Assembly: GCA_051532055.1 (NCBI GenBank)
Contig: JAOPTX010000048.1
Span: 1 to 36,896, forward strand
DNA: 36,896 nt
Reading direction: 5' to 3'
From: Fibrobacterales bacterium
GTDB taxonomy: Bacteria; Fibrobacterota; Fibrobacteria; Fibrobacterales; JAOPTW01
The notes under the pieces are model-generated. The model was given only the letters and a program-made list of their open reading frames with translations, made no database searches and was not told where the DNA came from. Of the stretch, positions 1-9,112 are shown piece by piece. Each line of letters opens with the position of its first letter. Position 1 is the stretch's first letter. The translations under genes were made by a program, and so were the position numbers.

Positions 1-63
1 ATTCATTTGAAGTGAACAACCTTTTTTGGAACCCCCTCACGCGAAAATGTTAGGAGACATTGT

Positions 64-696
64 ATGGAACTTTCAATCATAAATTGGACTGCACTCATGA
101 TTGCAGTAACACATACTTTTGCAGGACCCGACCACTACCTCCCTTTTGTTCTTATTTCAAAGGCACGTCAATGGACACTTAAGAAAACATTATTCCTCGC
201 CACCCTCTGTGGAATTATCCATGTGATTAGCTCTGTACTTTTGGGATTTGTGGGTATTCAACTCGGCGCCATGGTAGAGACGCTCATTGGCATCGAAAGT
301 GTTCGTGGTGAACTTGCAGCATGGGGGCTTATCTCTTTTGGATTTATCTATGGATCTTGGGGTCTTCGAAAAAGCTGGAAAAGTCGCCACACTCACTCAC
401 ACACAACATCAACAACCATTACCCCATGGGTCCTTTTTATCATTTTCGCATTAGGCCCCTGCGAACCATTGATTCCCATTTTAATGTACCCTGCATTTAG
501 TCATGGCACTCTTCAAGTGATACTCGTTGCTTCTGTATTTGGGTTCTTCACATTAAGTACTATGCTGACTATGGTTTGGCTGATGTACAAAGGAGTACAT
601 TCACTTCGGTTTGGGTTTTTAGAAAAGTATTCCCATGCTATTGCAGGATACACTATCTGTTTAAGTGGCGCTGCAGTTATGGCAATTGGACTGTAA
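64..696 (+). CDS. UreH/NicO-like nickel/cobalt transporter family membrane protein
   Basis: About 6 hydrophobic segments, N-terminal H-x-x-x-GPDH motif (HTFAGPDHYLPF), His-rich loop HTHSHT, GPCEP motif; AGGAG RBS at 52-56. Confidence 0.7.
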   Translation: MELSIINWTALMIAVTHTFAGPDHYLPFVLISKARQWTLKKTLFLATLCGIIHVISSVLLGFVGIQLGAMVETLIGIESVRGELAAWGLISFGFIYGSWGLRKSWKSRHTHSHTTSTTITPWVLFIIFALGPCEPLIPILMYPAFSHGTLQVILVASVFGFFTLSTMLTMVWLMYKGVHSLRFGFLEKYSHAIAGYTICLSGAAVMAIGL

Positions 697-709
697 AAAG
701 TACCGGCAC

Positions 710-733
710 AAAAAAAGCCCCACAAAGTGGGGC
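710..733 (-). terminator. Intrinsic terminator of the porin-like gene, between convergent genes
   Basis: GCCCCAC-aaa-GTGGGGC hairpin (717-733); the A7 run at 710-716 reads as a U-tract on the minus strand. Confidence 0.75.
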
Positions 734-758
734 ACAAAAATCTGCTTTAAATTTATTT

Positions 759-1961
759 CTAAAAGCGTACGCTCGTCTGGATATCAAATGAGAAGAGTTT
801 CTCATCGAAGTCTTGATCAAATGCATACCCAGCAGTGAGCCAAAAATCCATCACATCATTCGGGTAAAGGTATAATGTAGGCTGAATCACATTAGTCATA
901 TCGTCACCATATTTAAAAGAAGTATCATGATACTCATAAAGCAACCCTGCAGATATCTTCGAAGTAATTTCCATAGATGGTTCTGCATAAAGAAACCACT
1001 GAACCGGCATGTCTGTCTGTAGATACGCTGCCTCGGCCTCTTTTGCGAGTGCCGCATAAAAACCACCAGTACTTAAAGTGAAAACCCCAACATTAACTGA
1101 AGGCTCTGCAAGAACAGTAATAGTATTATGCCCTCTATAAGGAGAAACCCCAAGGGCACCACTCACCGAGTATTCTATAGACTCAAAATAACTCGAATAG
1201 ACACCTTCAACTCCGATATTCCAGTTTCTCGATCTACCACCCTCAATCAATACGCTTGTCTCACCAGGTCCCGTTGCTTCTGTAATAACTCTGGTTTCGG
1301 TTCCAGAACCAAAAAGCACCCAATCAATTACAGGAGTTACCGACATTTTGGTACGAGGCTTATTAATCAGAGACACGTCATACTGTGCATTAACGCCAAG
1401 TGAACCTTGTAAAGAGTCGACCATACCCACAAAAAAAGTACCATCTGAAGCTTTAACCCCAACACCACGCAATGTGTGTTCCCTATAGAGCGAAGCAAAG
1501 GCCATATCATTATCATATCGTCTTAAGTTTGTTGTTCCAGCACTGGTAGTATAATCACCCACTAGCACGGTACCACCTTTTGTAAACTCCCAAGAGAGGA
1601 GCACTTGTAAAGGAAGACCATTAACGTCAACCATACGATCTTCAGTATGATCAATTATATAACCCATTGAATCAACAGTGATGCCTCTTTTATTTTGATA
1701 ACCATCACTGACAATAGCATCGTATATGGGTGTAGTACCTTTTTGAAAAAGGTTTCGATAGGTGAGCGCAACAGATACACCATCATTAAGTTTAATATCA
1801 CCAATAAGTGTGATATCATTCAGAGCTGAATAGCTTGCTTTCCACTTTTTATTATAAAAATTAACGCCTGCATCGGTCTCTATTTCGCCGTGAAAACTCA
1901 TATCAACTGCAAAGAGTGAAACAACTGCCGCTGCAACAAACGCAATACTTTTCTTAATCAT
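759..1961 (-). CDS. Outer-membrane beta-barrel / porin-like protein
   Basis: Start revised to ATG 1961 (GAGGA RBS; signal peptide MIKKSIAFVAAAVVSLFA); alternating beta-strand pattern; terminal Phe (QTSVRF). Confidence 0.65.
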   Translation of the reverse strand: MIKKSIAFVAAAVVSLFAVDMSFHGEIETDAGVNFYNKKWKASYSALNDITLIGDIKLNDGVSVALTYRNLFQKGTTPIYDAIVSDGYQNKRGITVDSMGYIIDHTEDRMVDVNGLPLQVLLSWEFTKGGTVLVGDYTTSAGTTNLRRYDNDMAFASLYREHTLRGVGVKASDGTFFVGMVDSLQGSLGVNAQYDVSLINKPRTKMSVTPVIDWVLFGSGTETRVITEATGPGETSVLIEGGRSRNWNIGVEGVYSSYFESIEYSVSGALGVSPYRGHNTITVLAEPSVNVGVFTLSTGGFYAALAKEAEAAYLQTDMPVQWFLYAEPSMEITSKISAGLLYEYHDTSFKYGDDMTNVIQPTLYLYPNDVMDFWLTAGYAFDQDFDEKLFSFDIQTSVRF

Positions 1962-2076
1962 GGAATCCTCAAATAATGATTTTATTTGGTCAAAAGATAC
2001 AAAAAAACCTGTCTTTGACACCGAATCTCATGTTGTGAAGGTTATTATGAGAAGGTCTGGAAGGAGCAAAGACAGG

Positions 2077-2105
2077 ATTTTATCATTAAGAAGATGATGA
2101 ATCAA
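2077..2105 (-). promoter_or_regulatory. Candidate sigma70 promoter for the porin-like gene
   Basis: Minus strand TTGATT-N17-TAAAAT with a TG extended -10. Confidence 0.45.
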
Positions 2106-2493
2106 AAAATAATGTGCGTGAATCCCTTACCTGCAAAACGATTAATAATAATGCATTCAGTAATGACTCAATCTAAATTCCAGTACTCTATAACATTTAG
2201 TTACGCTCCAGAACTAAAGAGCACTTTTGAATACAGTCGGTTTTTTTTAAACAACTACTTACTCTTAACGCAACAAATGTGCCACTATTCAATCCCCCAT
2301 TTTTGCGAAACTTAGGATACAATACCGTTCACATACAATATTTGTAGCACAATTTTGTTATAGCCCATAAAACCAACACATTTTTGTGATTCAAAGTCCC
2401 TCTTTTTTCTCTCAAACAACTCTCTAGAGAGGGACTACTGCCCAAAATGCTCTAAAATACTATCTTATTCATAAAACTATAGTTGAGGCTCCA

Positions 2494-3126
2494 TTGAAAT
2501 CCCTTATCATATCTATTCTGCTCTGCGCTGTTTTTTCAGTTTCAGCAAAAACATCACTTACCGCTCAACAAGCCCTTGATAAATCATCTGCTTTTTTCAA
2601 CACCCTAAACACTTTTTCCCTCTCATTCCAAGTCAAAACACTGTATGACATTACTGAAGAGGAAAAAGAATATACAGGAACTCTTTTGGTAGGCCCAAAA
2701 GATAAATTTGTTCTTGATCATTCTGAACTCAACATGGTCAGTGATGGCGTCACTATATGGGAACACCGTAAAGCCCACAAACAAGTACTTATTCGATCAC
2801 TCATTGATATGGAATCTGGCTTTCACACCTCAGAAATCATTTTTAAATATTTAAAATGTACGCCTCTTACTATTGCCCATAAAAAAGAAGGCGGCACTTC
2901 TTATCTTATTCTTACCCTTGACCCCAGTAAACAAATCACGTATCTCAAAGGCATGAAAGTGTGGCTCGACCCTACTGACTTTTCACCTAAGCGACTCAAA
3001 ACAATGGACGTGAGCGATAATACTTCTTGGTACACTATTAAAAATTTTAAAAGCAATCCATCAGTAATTGAGGGAACCTTTACTTCTACCCCCGCTTCTC
3101 ATCTTGAAATCATAGACATGAGGTAG
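2494..3126 (+). CDS. lolA: Outer-membrane lipoprotein carrier protein, LolA family
   Basis: Signal peptide; LolA-like pattern (F-x-L-x-F-x-V, G-x-L-x-V, MVSDGVTIW, N-x-S-x-Y-x-I-x-N, F-T-S-T-P); TTG start with GAGG RBS. Confidence 0.7.
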   Translation: MKSLIISILLCAVFSVSAKTSLTAQQALDKSSAFFNTLNTFSLSFQVKTLYDITEEEKEYTGTLLVGPKDKFVLDHSELNMVSDGVTIWEHRKAHKQVLIRSLIDMESGFHTSEIIFKYLKCTPLTIAHKKEGGTSYLILTLDPSKQITYLKGMKVWLDPTDFSPKRLKTMDVSDNTSWYTIKNFKSNPSVIEGTFTSTPASHLEIIDMR

Positions 3127-4031
3127 TGGTGCGAGCCCTTTTACTCTCACTCCTCTTCTATTGTACTCCAATCATTGCAGGGTATTCACTGATTTCACAT
3201 CAGGGCGACGCCTCCTTTGATGAATTAAAGCTCCCAGAACATCCACGAGAAGCAGCACTTGCTGGATCGGGATCAGCACTGAGTAATTCAGCGACCGAAG
3301 CCGCTGGCACCCCTCTCTCTCTGAGTCAAGCCTCTCAGTTTTTTCTATCAGCAACCACAACATCTCTTCCCAACCAACTCGGCGTGACCTCCCACCACCT
3401 CACCATAGGTAACTCTTTTAAAAAATTTTCTCTTGCAGTTACGAACAACTATGTTGAATATGAGCCACTCATTCAACGTGATAATGATGGGAGGGCTTTT
3501 GGTGATTACACTGCCAAAATGATGCACCTTTCAACAATACTTGCAAGTGATTCAGGCACCTACGCATGGGCAACAAGAGTACACTATGGTTATAAAACCA
3601 TTCATGACTACTCATCACATGCACTCTTCATAAGCGGATATGGGTCCTATACCTATAACGATCGCACAGCAATACACCTTTCCATTGAAAACCTTGGTGT
3701 CGTATCAAAAATGAATAGAGACCCACTCTATCTACCCCTCACTCTCCAAGTCTCACTAGGCCACACTGTTTGGGACAATCACATCATAACCTGCAGGACA
3801 TTTACCGATTTCAAAAAAATCAATGAAGAACCTTTTTTTGCAGTTTTGGCACAAGAAATTAAGATATATGACCGCTTTTCGATTCGTGGAGGATATAACT
3901 TTCATACAGACCAAAGCTGGTCAGTGGGTGGTGGAATTGAATTATATGGCTACTCGATAGACTACGCATTTCAAAACCATCAATATCTCGATGGTTCACA
4001 CTATGTCAGTGTCGCTTTAGAATTTGAATAA
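3126..4031 (+). CDS. PorV/PorQ-like outer-membrane beta-barrel protein
   Basis: Signal peptide; N-terminal L-x-L-P-x-x-P-R-x-x-A-L-A-G; C-terminal RGGY, IDYAF and G-S-H-x-V-S-V motifs; start overlaps the lolA stop. Confidence 0.65.
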   Translation: MVRALLLSLLFYCTPIIAGYSLISHQGDASFDELKLPEHPREAALAGSGSALSNSATEAAGTPLSLSQASQFFLSATTTSLPNQLGVTSHHLTIGNSFKKFSLAVTNNYVEYEPLIQRDNDGRAFGDYTAKMMHLSTILASDSGTYAWATRVHYGYKTIHDYSSHALFISGYGSYTYNDRTAIHLSIENLGVVSKMNRDPLYLPLTLQVSLGHTVWDNHIITCRTFTDFKKINEEPFFAVLAQEIKIYDRFSIRGGYNFHTDQSWSVGGGIELYGYSIDYAFQNHQYLDGSHYVSVALEFE

Positions 4032-4054
4032 TACCTTTAAAACAAAGCGTACTC

Positions 4055-5422
4055 TTAATTACCCCGTTCTCTATGTTCTTCAAATGCACCATATTCATGA
4101 AGTTTATTTCGTAACGTTCGAATACTAATGTCGAGCATTTCACTCGCTTTAGTCTTATTTCCATTACATTCTTCGAGGGTGTTAAGGATTAGCTGCTGTT
4201 CGGCTTGAGCCACTGTCATTCCTGAAGAAAATTGTTCTCCTACTGAAGCCGATACTTTTTTTCCATCAATATTGAGGTCAAATTTATCATCCGTAACAAT
4301 ACCCGATTTTGTAAATACCATAGCACGTTCCATCGCATTTTCTAATTGACGAATATTACCAGGCCAAGGGTAATTTTTGAGCATAGTAAGAGTGTCACTC
4401 TCTATGCCTTCTACAGTGTAGCCATACTCGGTATTAAACTTTTCAAGGAAATGATGTACCAAAAGTTCAATGTCATCCTTTCGCTCGTGCAGTGACATTA
4501 TATGAACGGGAATCACATTAAGTCTATAAAAAAGATCTTCACGGAAAGTCCCCGCTTTTACCTCTTCTTGCAAATCCCGATTTGTGGTACAGATCACCCG
4601 AACATCTACAGACACTTCTTCATCTGACCCTAATCGAGAGACTTCTCGCTCTTGTAACACTCGCAGTAATTTTGACTGTGCATTCAGAGGCATCTCACCA
4701 ATTTCATCTAAGAGCAGCGTTCCTTTATGACCTTGCTCAAATTTACCTTTACGCGTTTTGAGCGCCCCCGTAAAAGCACCTTTCTCATGGCCAAACAATT
4801 CACTTTCTATAAGGGTGTCAGGAAGAGCTGCACAATTAATTTTTACAAATGGCCCACCTGCACGTGAACTTTTCCCATGAATCAGACGTGCCAACACCTC
4901 TTTTCCAACACCACTCTCACCGGTTACCAATACTGTGGCATTGGAATCAGCAACCTCTTCAACTATCTGAGCAATTGCATTGTATCCTTTGGATGCTCCA
5001 CCGATAAATTCATGACGACCAGCAAGTTGTTTTTTTAATTCTTTATTCTCTGCCTTCAGTGATGCATTTTCTAATGCTCGCGCAACAACCATTTCAAGCA
5101 TATCTGGCGAACAGGGCTTTTCAACAAAATCAACAGCCCCCATACGCATCAATTCAACCGCAGTTTCTATAGTACCATAGGCAGTCATAATAATAAAGGG
5201 AAGACCAGCAAACCGTTCTCGTACTTCTTTATAAAGCTCAAGCCCTGTCATACCAGGCATTTTAAAATCTGAGACGACCAGACCCGCATCAAAGTTCTGA
5301 AGAGCCTCTAATGCATCAGGACCATTTTTTGCGTCCTTACACTCATACCCTGCACGGGTGAGCGTCTCCATAACCATATCTCTCATGAGTTCTTCGTCAT
5401 CAACAACCAATATTTTTGCCAT
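4055..5422 (-). CDS. Sigma54-dependent response regulator (REC-AAA+-Fis HTH), FleR/FlrC-like
   Basis: REC (VVDDE, SDFKMPGMTG), Walker A GESGVGKE, ESELFGHEKGAFTGA, LLLDEIGE, WPGNIRQL, HTH NKTKASEMLDISIRTLRNKL. Confidence 0.92.
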   Translation of the reverse strand: MAKILVVDDEELMRDMVMETLTRAGYECKDAKNGPDALEALQNFDAGLVVSDFKMPGMTGLELYKEVRERFAGLPFIIMTAYGTIETAVELMRMGAVDFVEKPCSPDMLEMVVARALENASLKAENKELKKQLAGRHEFIGGASKGYNAIAQIVEEVADSNATVLVTGESGVGKEVLARLIHGKSSRAGGPFVKINCAALPDTLIESELFGHEKGAFTGALKTRKGKFEQGHKGTLLLDEIGEMPLNAQSKLLRVLQEREVSRLGSDEEVSVDVRVICTTNRDLQEEVKAGTFREDLFYRLNVIPVHIMSLHERKDDIELLVHHFLEKFNTEYGYTVEGIESDTLTMLKNYPWPGNIRQLENAMERAMVFTKSGIVTDDKFDLNIDGKKVSASVGEQFSSGMTVAQAEQQLILNTLEECNGNKTKASEMLDISIRTLRNKLHEYGAFEEHRERGN

Positions 5423-5432
5423 GGTATAATTC

Positions 5433-6662
5433 CTACTTTTTTAACTCAATTAAAAATTCTGTTCCTTTGCCGAATTCACTATCTGCAAAGATAGTCCCTC
5501 CGTGTGCCTCTACAATTTTTTTCACAATAGCGAGACCAAGTCCTGTCCCCTGTTCTTTCGTTGTATAAAAAGGAATAAACACCTCTTTCAATACTTCTAC
5601 TTCCATACCTGCACCATTGTCTCTCAAAAAGACTACTGCTCCTGGGTCTCTCTTTTTAATATAGACCTCAAGTACTCCATCATCTTCAATTGCCTGAATT
5701 GCGTTAAAGAGAAGATTAAGCATCACTTGTTGAAATTTTTCTGGATCAAGCTCAACTTCTACCGGATCCTTGGGGAAGTTTCGTTGTATGACGATATTTT
5801 TACCATCTTTCTCAATCTCTATCTCAGCGTACGCCAATACATCTTCCATCCATTCACAAATATCAAGAGACACTAAATGAAGAGAGCTTTTACGGGTATA
5901 TACCAAAAGGCTTGAGACTATTTTATTCAGACTCGACACCCCAAGAATAATTTTATCAACCAATCGTTTTTTTGCCTCATCTTCAGCAACATCACGAGCA
6001 AGAAGTCCCGCATACCCGCCAATTGCACCCAGAGGGTTCCGGATTTCATGAGCAACGGTTGCCGCAAGTTCTCCCAAAGCGGTCAACGTTTTTGCTTGTT
6101 GTACTTCTTCTTCCATGCGCTTGAGACTACTCAAGTCTGAAAAGGTAACTACTAAGCTAATAAGGTTTTCTCGGCTATCGATTACCGCACTTCCCTTAAA
6201 CGTTGCAGGAAAATTGAGTCCATTAAAGTCCACCGTTTTCTCTTCTTCAGCAACATCATGATTATTTTCATAGGCCCTAATAATTGCCCGTACAATACCG
6301 CTATTCAATGGAAAACTGTCTTTTACATTTCTACCGATAAGATCAGCTGACTTCATTTGTAGCATGTTTTCAGCTGATTTATTAAACACCGTGATATTTA
6401 AATCCGGGTCAACCATCAACACGCCTGGCTTCATAGAGTGCAAAAGCCCATCAAGCTTATCTTGAATCAGAGTATTCTCTTCAATCTTCTCATTAAGGAG
6501 GTTATTCTTTGATTCGAGTTCAGTACTCACCTCTTCAAAGCGACCCACTAAGTTTTGATACGCCCCTTCAAGACGGGTTACCGTTTCATTAAACCAAGTA
6601 AACACTTTTTCAAGTTCAGGATTATTCGAAATTTCGGGAGGGAGATTTAATTGCTCATTCAT
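5433..6662 (-). CDS. Cytoplasmic PAS sensor histidine kinase, FleS/FlrB-like
   Basis: FleS-like N-terminal coiled coil (LEKVFTWFNETVTRLEGAYQNL), PAS, AHEIRNPL H-box, N/G boxes (NLLFNAIQA, DNGAG, GTGLGL); no TM segment. Confidence 0.88.
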   Translation of the reverse strand: MNEQLNLPPEISNNPELEKVFTWFNETVTRLEGAYQNLVGRFEEVSTELESKNNLLNEKIEENTLIQDKLDGLLHSMKPGVLMVDPDLNITVFNKSAENMLQMKSADLIGRNVKDSFPLNSGIVRAIIRAYENNHDVAEEEKTVDFNGLNFPATFKGSAVIDSRENLISLVVTFSDLSSLKRMEEEVQQAKTLTALGELAATVAHEIRNPLGAIGGYAGLLARDVAEDEAKKRLVDKIILGVSSLNKIVSSLLVYTRKSSLHLVSLDICEWMEDVLAYAEIEIEKDGKNIVIQRNFPKDPVEVELDPEKFQQVMLNLLFNAIQAIEDDGVLEVYIKKRDPGAVVFLRDNGAGMEVEVLKEVFIPFYTTKEQGTGLGLAIVKKIVEAHGGTIFADSEFGKGTEFLIELKK

Positions 6663-6693
6663 TGAATACCGTTTAACTCATTTCTCTCATCTA

Positions 6694-7098
6694 TCAACGC
6701 ATCGCACGGTATGCGTTGATAATATCATTGGCACTTTGCGGTTTGTCATTTCCCAAGTGTTGATTAAAAATCGAAACCATTTCCTCATCAAGCTGTTTCA
6801 TTTTCTCAACAACAATTTCGATCTGGCTCAATAACTGTTCAACCGTGGTAAATTCTGGTGTTCCTTTCATTGCATCACGTACTTGCATCCATTCTGAAAT
6901 CAGAGGTGCAGCAGATTGCGAACTCGCCTGTATAGCATCAAGCAGGGTATTTTTTTCCTGCAATTTTAGTGTAAAACCATCAAGATCAGTTCCCACACTC
7001 AATGTCTTGAGAAGAGCACTATTGATAGTACTCACCTGTTTGAATTTTGCAAGTTGTTCTCTAAGCATTGTTTGCAGTGCTGCAGCCTGATCCATCAT
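6694..7098 (-). CDS. Small all-helical protein, possibly a FliT/FlgN-like flagellar chaperone
   Basis: 134 aa helical protein ending in INAY-type motif; tightly packed in the operon. Family assignment is inference. Confidence 0.45.
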   Translation of the reverse strand: MMDQAAALQTMLREQLAKFKQVSTINSALLKTLSVGTDLDGFTLKLQEKNTLLDAIQASSQSAAPLISEWMQVRDAMKGTPEFTTVEQLLSQIEIVVEKMKQLDEEMVSIFNQHLGNDKPQSANDIINAYRAMR

Positions 7099-7103
7099 AC
7101 TTA

Positions 7104-8936
7104 TTATCGCTCCAATGCAAAGTCATACTCTTTGCGCCAAATAGTATCAACTCTTTTCCAACGAGCTTGTTCTGCCCAATAACTTTTTGGGTAGGCGTTA
7201 TAGACCTTCTTGTAAAACTGCACCGCTTCTTCGTACTCAGACTTAGCCCGCTTCACATTACCCAATTGATAAAAACCCCAAGGGGAATTGACGGTATCTG
7301 GATAACTTTCAACAACTTCACCATAGTACTTCTCTGCAAGGTTCCAAATTTGATCTTTATAATAGAGGTCAGCCAACTCATAATATGCCTTACGGCACAT
7401 CTCAGGATTAACCCCATCATTACAATTGCTTAAGATCTGTTTCAAGTGAACTTTTGCTTTTTTATGATTGCCTTCATAGATATAATTTTGGGCAATTGAA
7501 AGGCGGAGAGAATCTTTTTTCGAAGGTGAACTCTGAAGTAGAATAGCTTTTTCTAGTAGTGCCAGTCCTTCGCTATTTTGATTTTCAAGTTGCGCGAGCT
7601 TCCCAGAGAGTTCTATTTTTTCTGCATCAATAGGTCCAAGAACTCCACCTGTTTGAACGTTGTCAAAATGTTTCCGTGCTTTTTTACCGTCTTCCATCTC
7701 GAAATACATTTTTGCAAGTAAAAAATGTGTTGCTGAACGGTATGGCTCTTTACTATCAGATCGAAGTAATAACTGACCGGCATTTTCAGCATTTTCTTGT
7801 AGACCAAGAAGATAATATAAGTTCATAAGGTTGAACTGAGCTGCAACATAGTTAGGGCTTGAATGATACTTCAGACCCACCTGCTTTAACCGTTCAATCG
7901 CTTGATTAAAGTTTTTTTCGACTTTATAATTCTTCCATGCCTGCTGAAGATCGGTCGCACCCTTCATATCTTTATTATGTACTACAAAAAGGCGTCCTTC
8001 TTCCATCTCTTGTATTTGCTGAGGATCGACATTAACAACATCCTCTTCTTTTTCATCTGGATCTGCCACATCATCCACTTTTTTGCCAATCAGCGGCTTG
8101 AGACGGTCAATTCTCTTTTGAGCTTGTTTTTTCCCCGTTTGCTTTTTTGTTAATGGGATATATCGAGTGTAGTGATCTATGGCCTCTTGTGCCTTGCCTT
8201 CCTTTTCTGCCATGCGCCCTAAGTAATAGTGAGCATTAAAACCTTTTTCAGGGAAATCAAATGATCGTTTGAAATTAAATACCGCTTTATCAAAATCTTT
8301 AAGATTGTATCTGTTCTCACCAGCATAGTAATATGCACCAGGATGCCCTGGTTGATTTTTCAAAACCTTTCTCCAGTAGGCTAGAGCTTCTTTATCTTTA
8401 CCCATACGGGTAAGTCGAAGAGCTTTTTTGTAATAATCACTACTATAATTGAATGTGCGACCTGTCGCACCTGTTTGTTGACTCTTTTCCTCTTTCGATT
8501 GCTCATTGTTACGAATCATATCCATTATACGAGCAACGTGCTTCTCAGCCTGTTCCGCTGTGGCCCCTTTTGCATATTGGGCAACGTTTCTCCAGTTGGC
8601 GACACTTTTTTCCAGCGCACCTATTTTCTCATATGATCCGGCAGCACCGAGATAACCAATGACTGAAGTCGGCTCAATCTTTAGAGCATCTTGATAATGT
8701 TTAATTGCAGCATGGTGATCATTTTTTCGTGCACTTATACCAGCAAGTGCAAGATAGGCACCCACATTTCGAGGTTCTTCAAGGAGTCCAGCTCGATACT
8801 CAGCTACTGCTTTGTCCAATTCACCATTTTTTTCATATTGTCGCGCAATTTTAAAACGCATACTCTCCGCATGAGCACCTGACACCATGATCAGTACTAC
8901 CGCGAAAAGACCTAACATCGTAGGTTTAAATATCAT
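7104..8936 (-). CDS. Exported tetratricopeptide-repeat protein
   Basis: Many TPR motifs (AYLALAG, AHYYLG, AYYELA, FYQLG); start revised to ATG 8936 (signal peptide ending AHA, purine-rich RBS). Confidence 0.85.
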   Translation of the reverse strand: MIFKPTMLGLFAVVLIMVSGAHAESMRFKIARQYEKNGELDKAVAEYRAGLLEEPRNVGAYLALAGISARKNDHHAAIKHYQDALKIEPTSVIGYLGAAGSYEKIGALEKSVANWRNVAQYAKGATAEQAEKHVARIMDMIRNNEQSKEEKSQQTGATGRTFNYSSDYYKKALRLTRMGKDKEALAYWRKVLKNQPGHPGAYYYAGENRYNLKDFDKAVFNFKRSFDFPEKGFNAHYYLGRMAEKEGKAQEAIDHYTRYIPLTKKQTGKKQAQKRIDRLKPLIGKKVDDVADPDEKEEDVVNVDPQQIQEMEEGRLFVVHNKDMKGATDLQQAWKNYKVEKNFNQAIERLKQVGLKYHSSPNYVAAQFNLMNLYYLLGLQENAENAGQLLLRSDSKEPYRSATHFLLAKMYFEMEDGKKARKHFDNVQTGGVLGPIDAEKIELSGKLAQLENQNSEGLALLEKAILLQSSPSKKDSLRLSIAQNYIYEGNHKKAKVHLKQILSNCNDGVNPEMCRKAYYELADLYYKDQIWNLAEKYYGEVVESYPDTVNSPWGFYQLGNVKRAKSEYEEAVQFYKKVYNAYPKSYWAEQARWKRVDTIWRKEYDFALER

Positions 8937-9058
8937 ATAACCCTTCACCTTGTGAGGTAACTTTCTCTGTAGGGAAAGATAATATCTTTTAAACTTCAAA
9001 ATGGCTAATTTCTTTAAAAATCAGGGACTTATAAAGATAGTCACATCTGAATCTGAAT

Positions 9059-9090
9059 AAAAAAAAGGCGGTTTCATCTGAAACCACCTT
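9059..9090 (-). terminator. Intrinsic terminator after hemL
   Basis: Minus strand AAGGTGGTTTCA-ga-TGAAACCGCCTT followed by a U-tract. Confidence 0.8.
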
Positions 9091-9112
9091 AAGCATTTAA
9101 AAGAAATAAGCA

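Noticed and set aside
1..53. Possible 3' end of an upstream CDS (...SFEVNNLFWNPLTRKC*)
   Set aside because: Too short to identify or confirm
2053..2068. AGGTCTGGAAGGAGCA resembles the SRP (4.5S) RNA domain IV motif
   Set aside because: It lacks the AGCAG half of the symmetric loop, and the surrounding long stem is not centred on the GGAA loop
2094..2315. 73-aa intergenic ORF
   Set aside because: No recognisable protein features; overlaps a divergent promoter region
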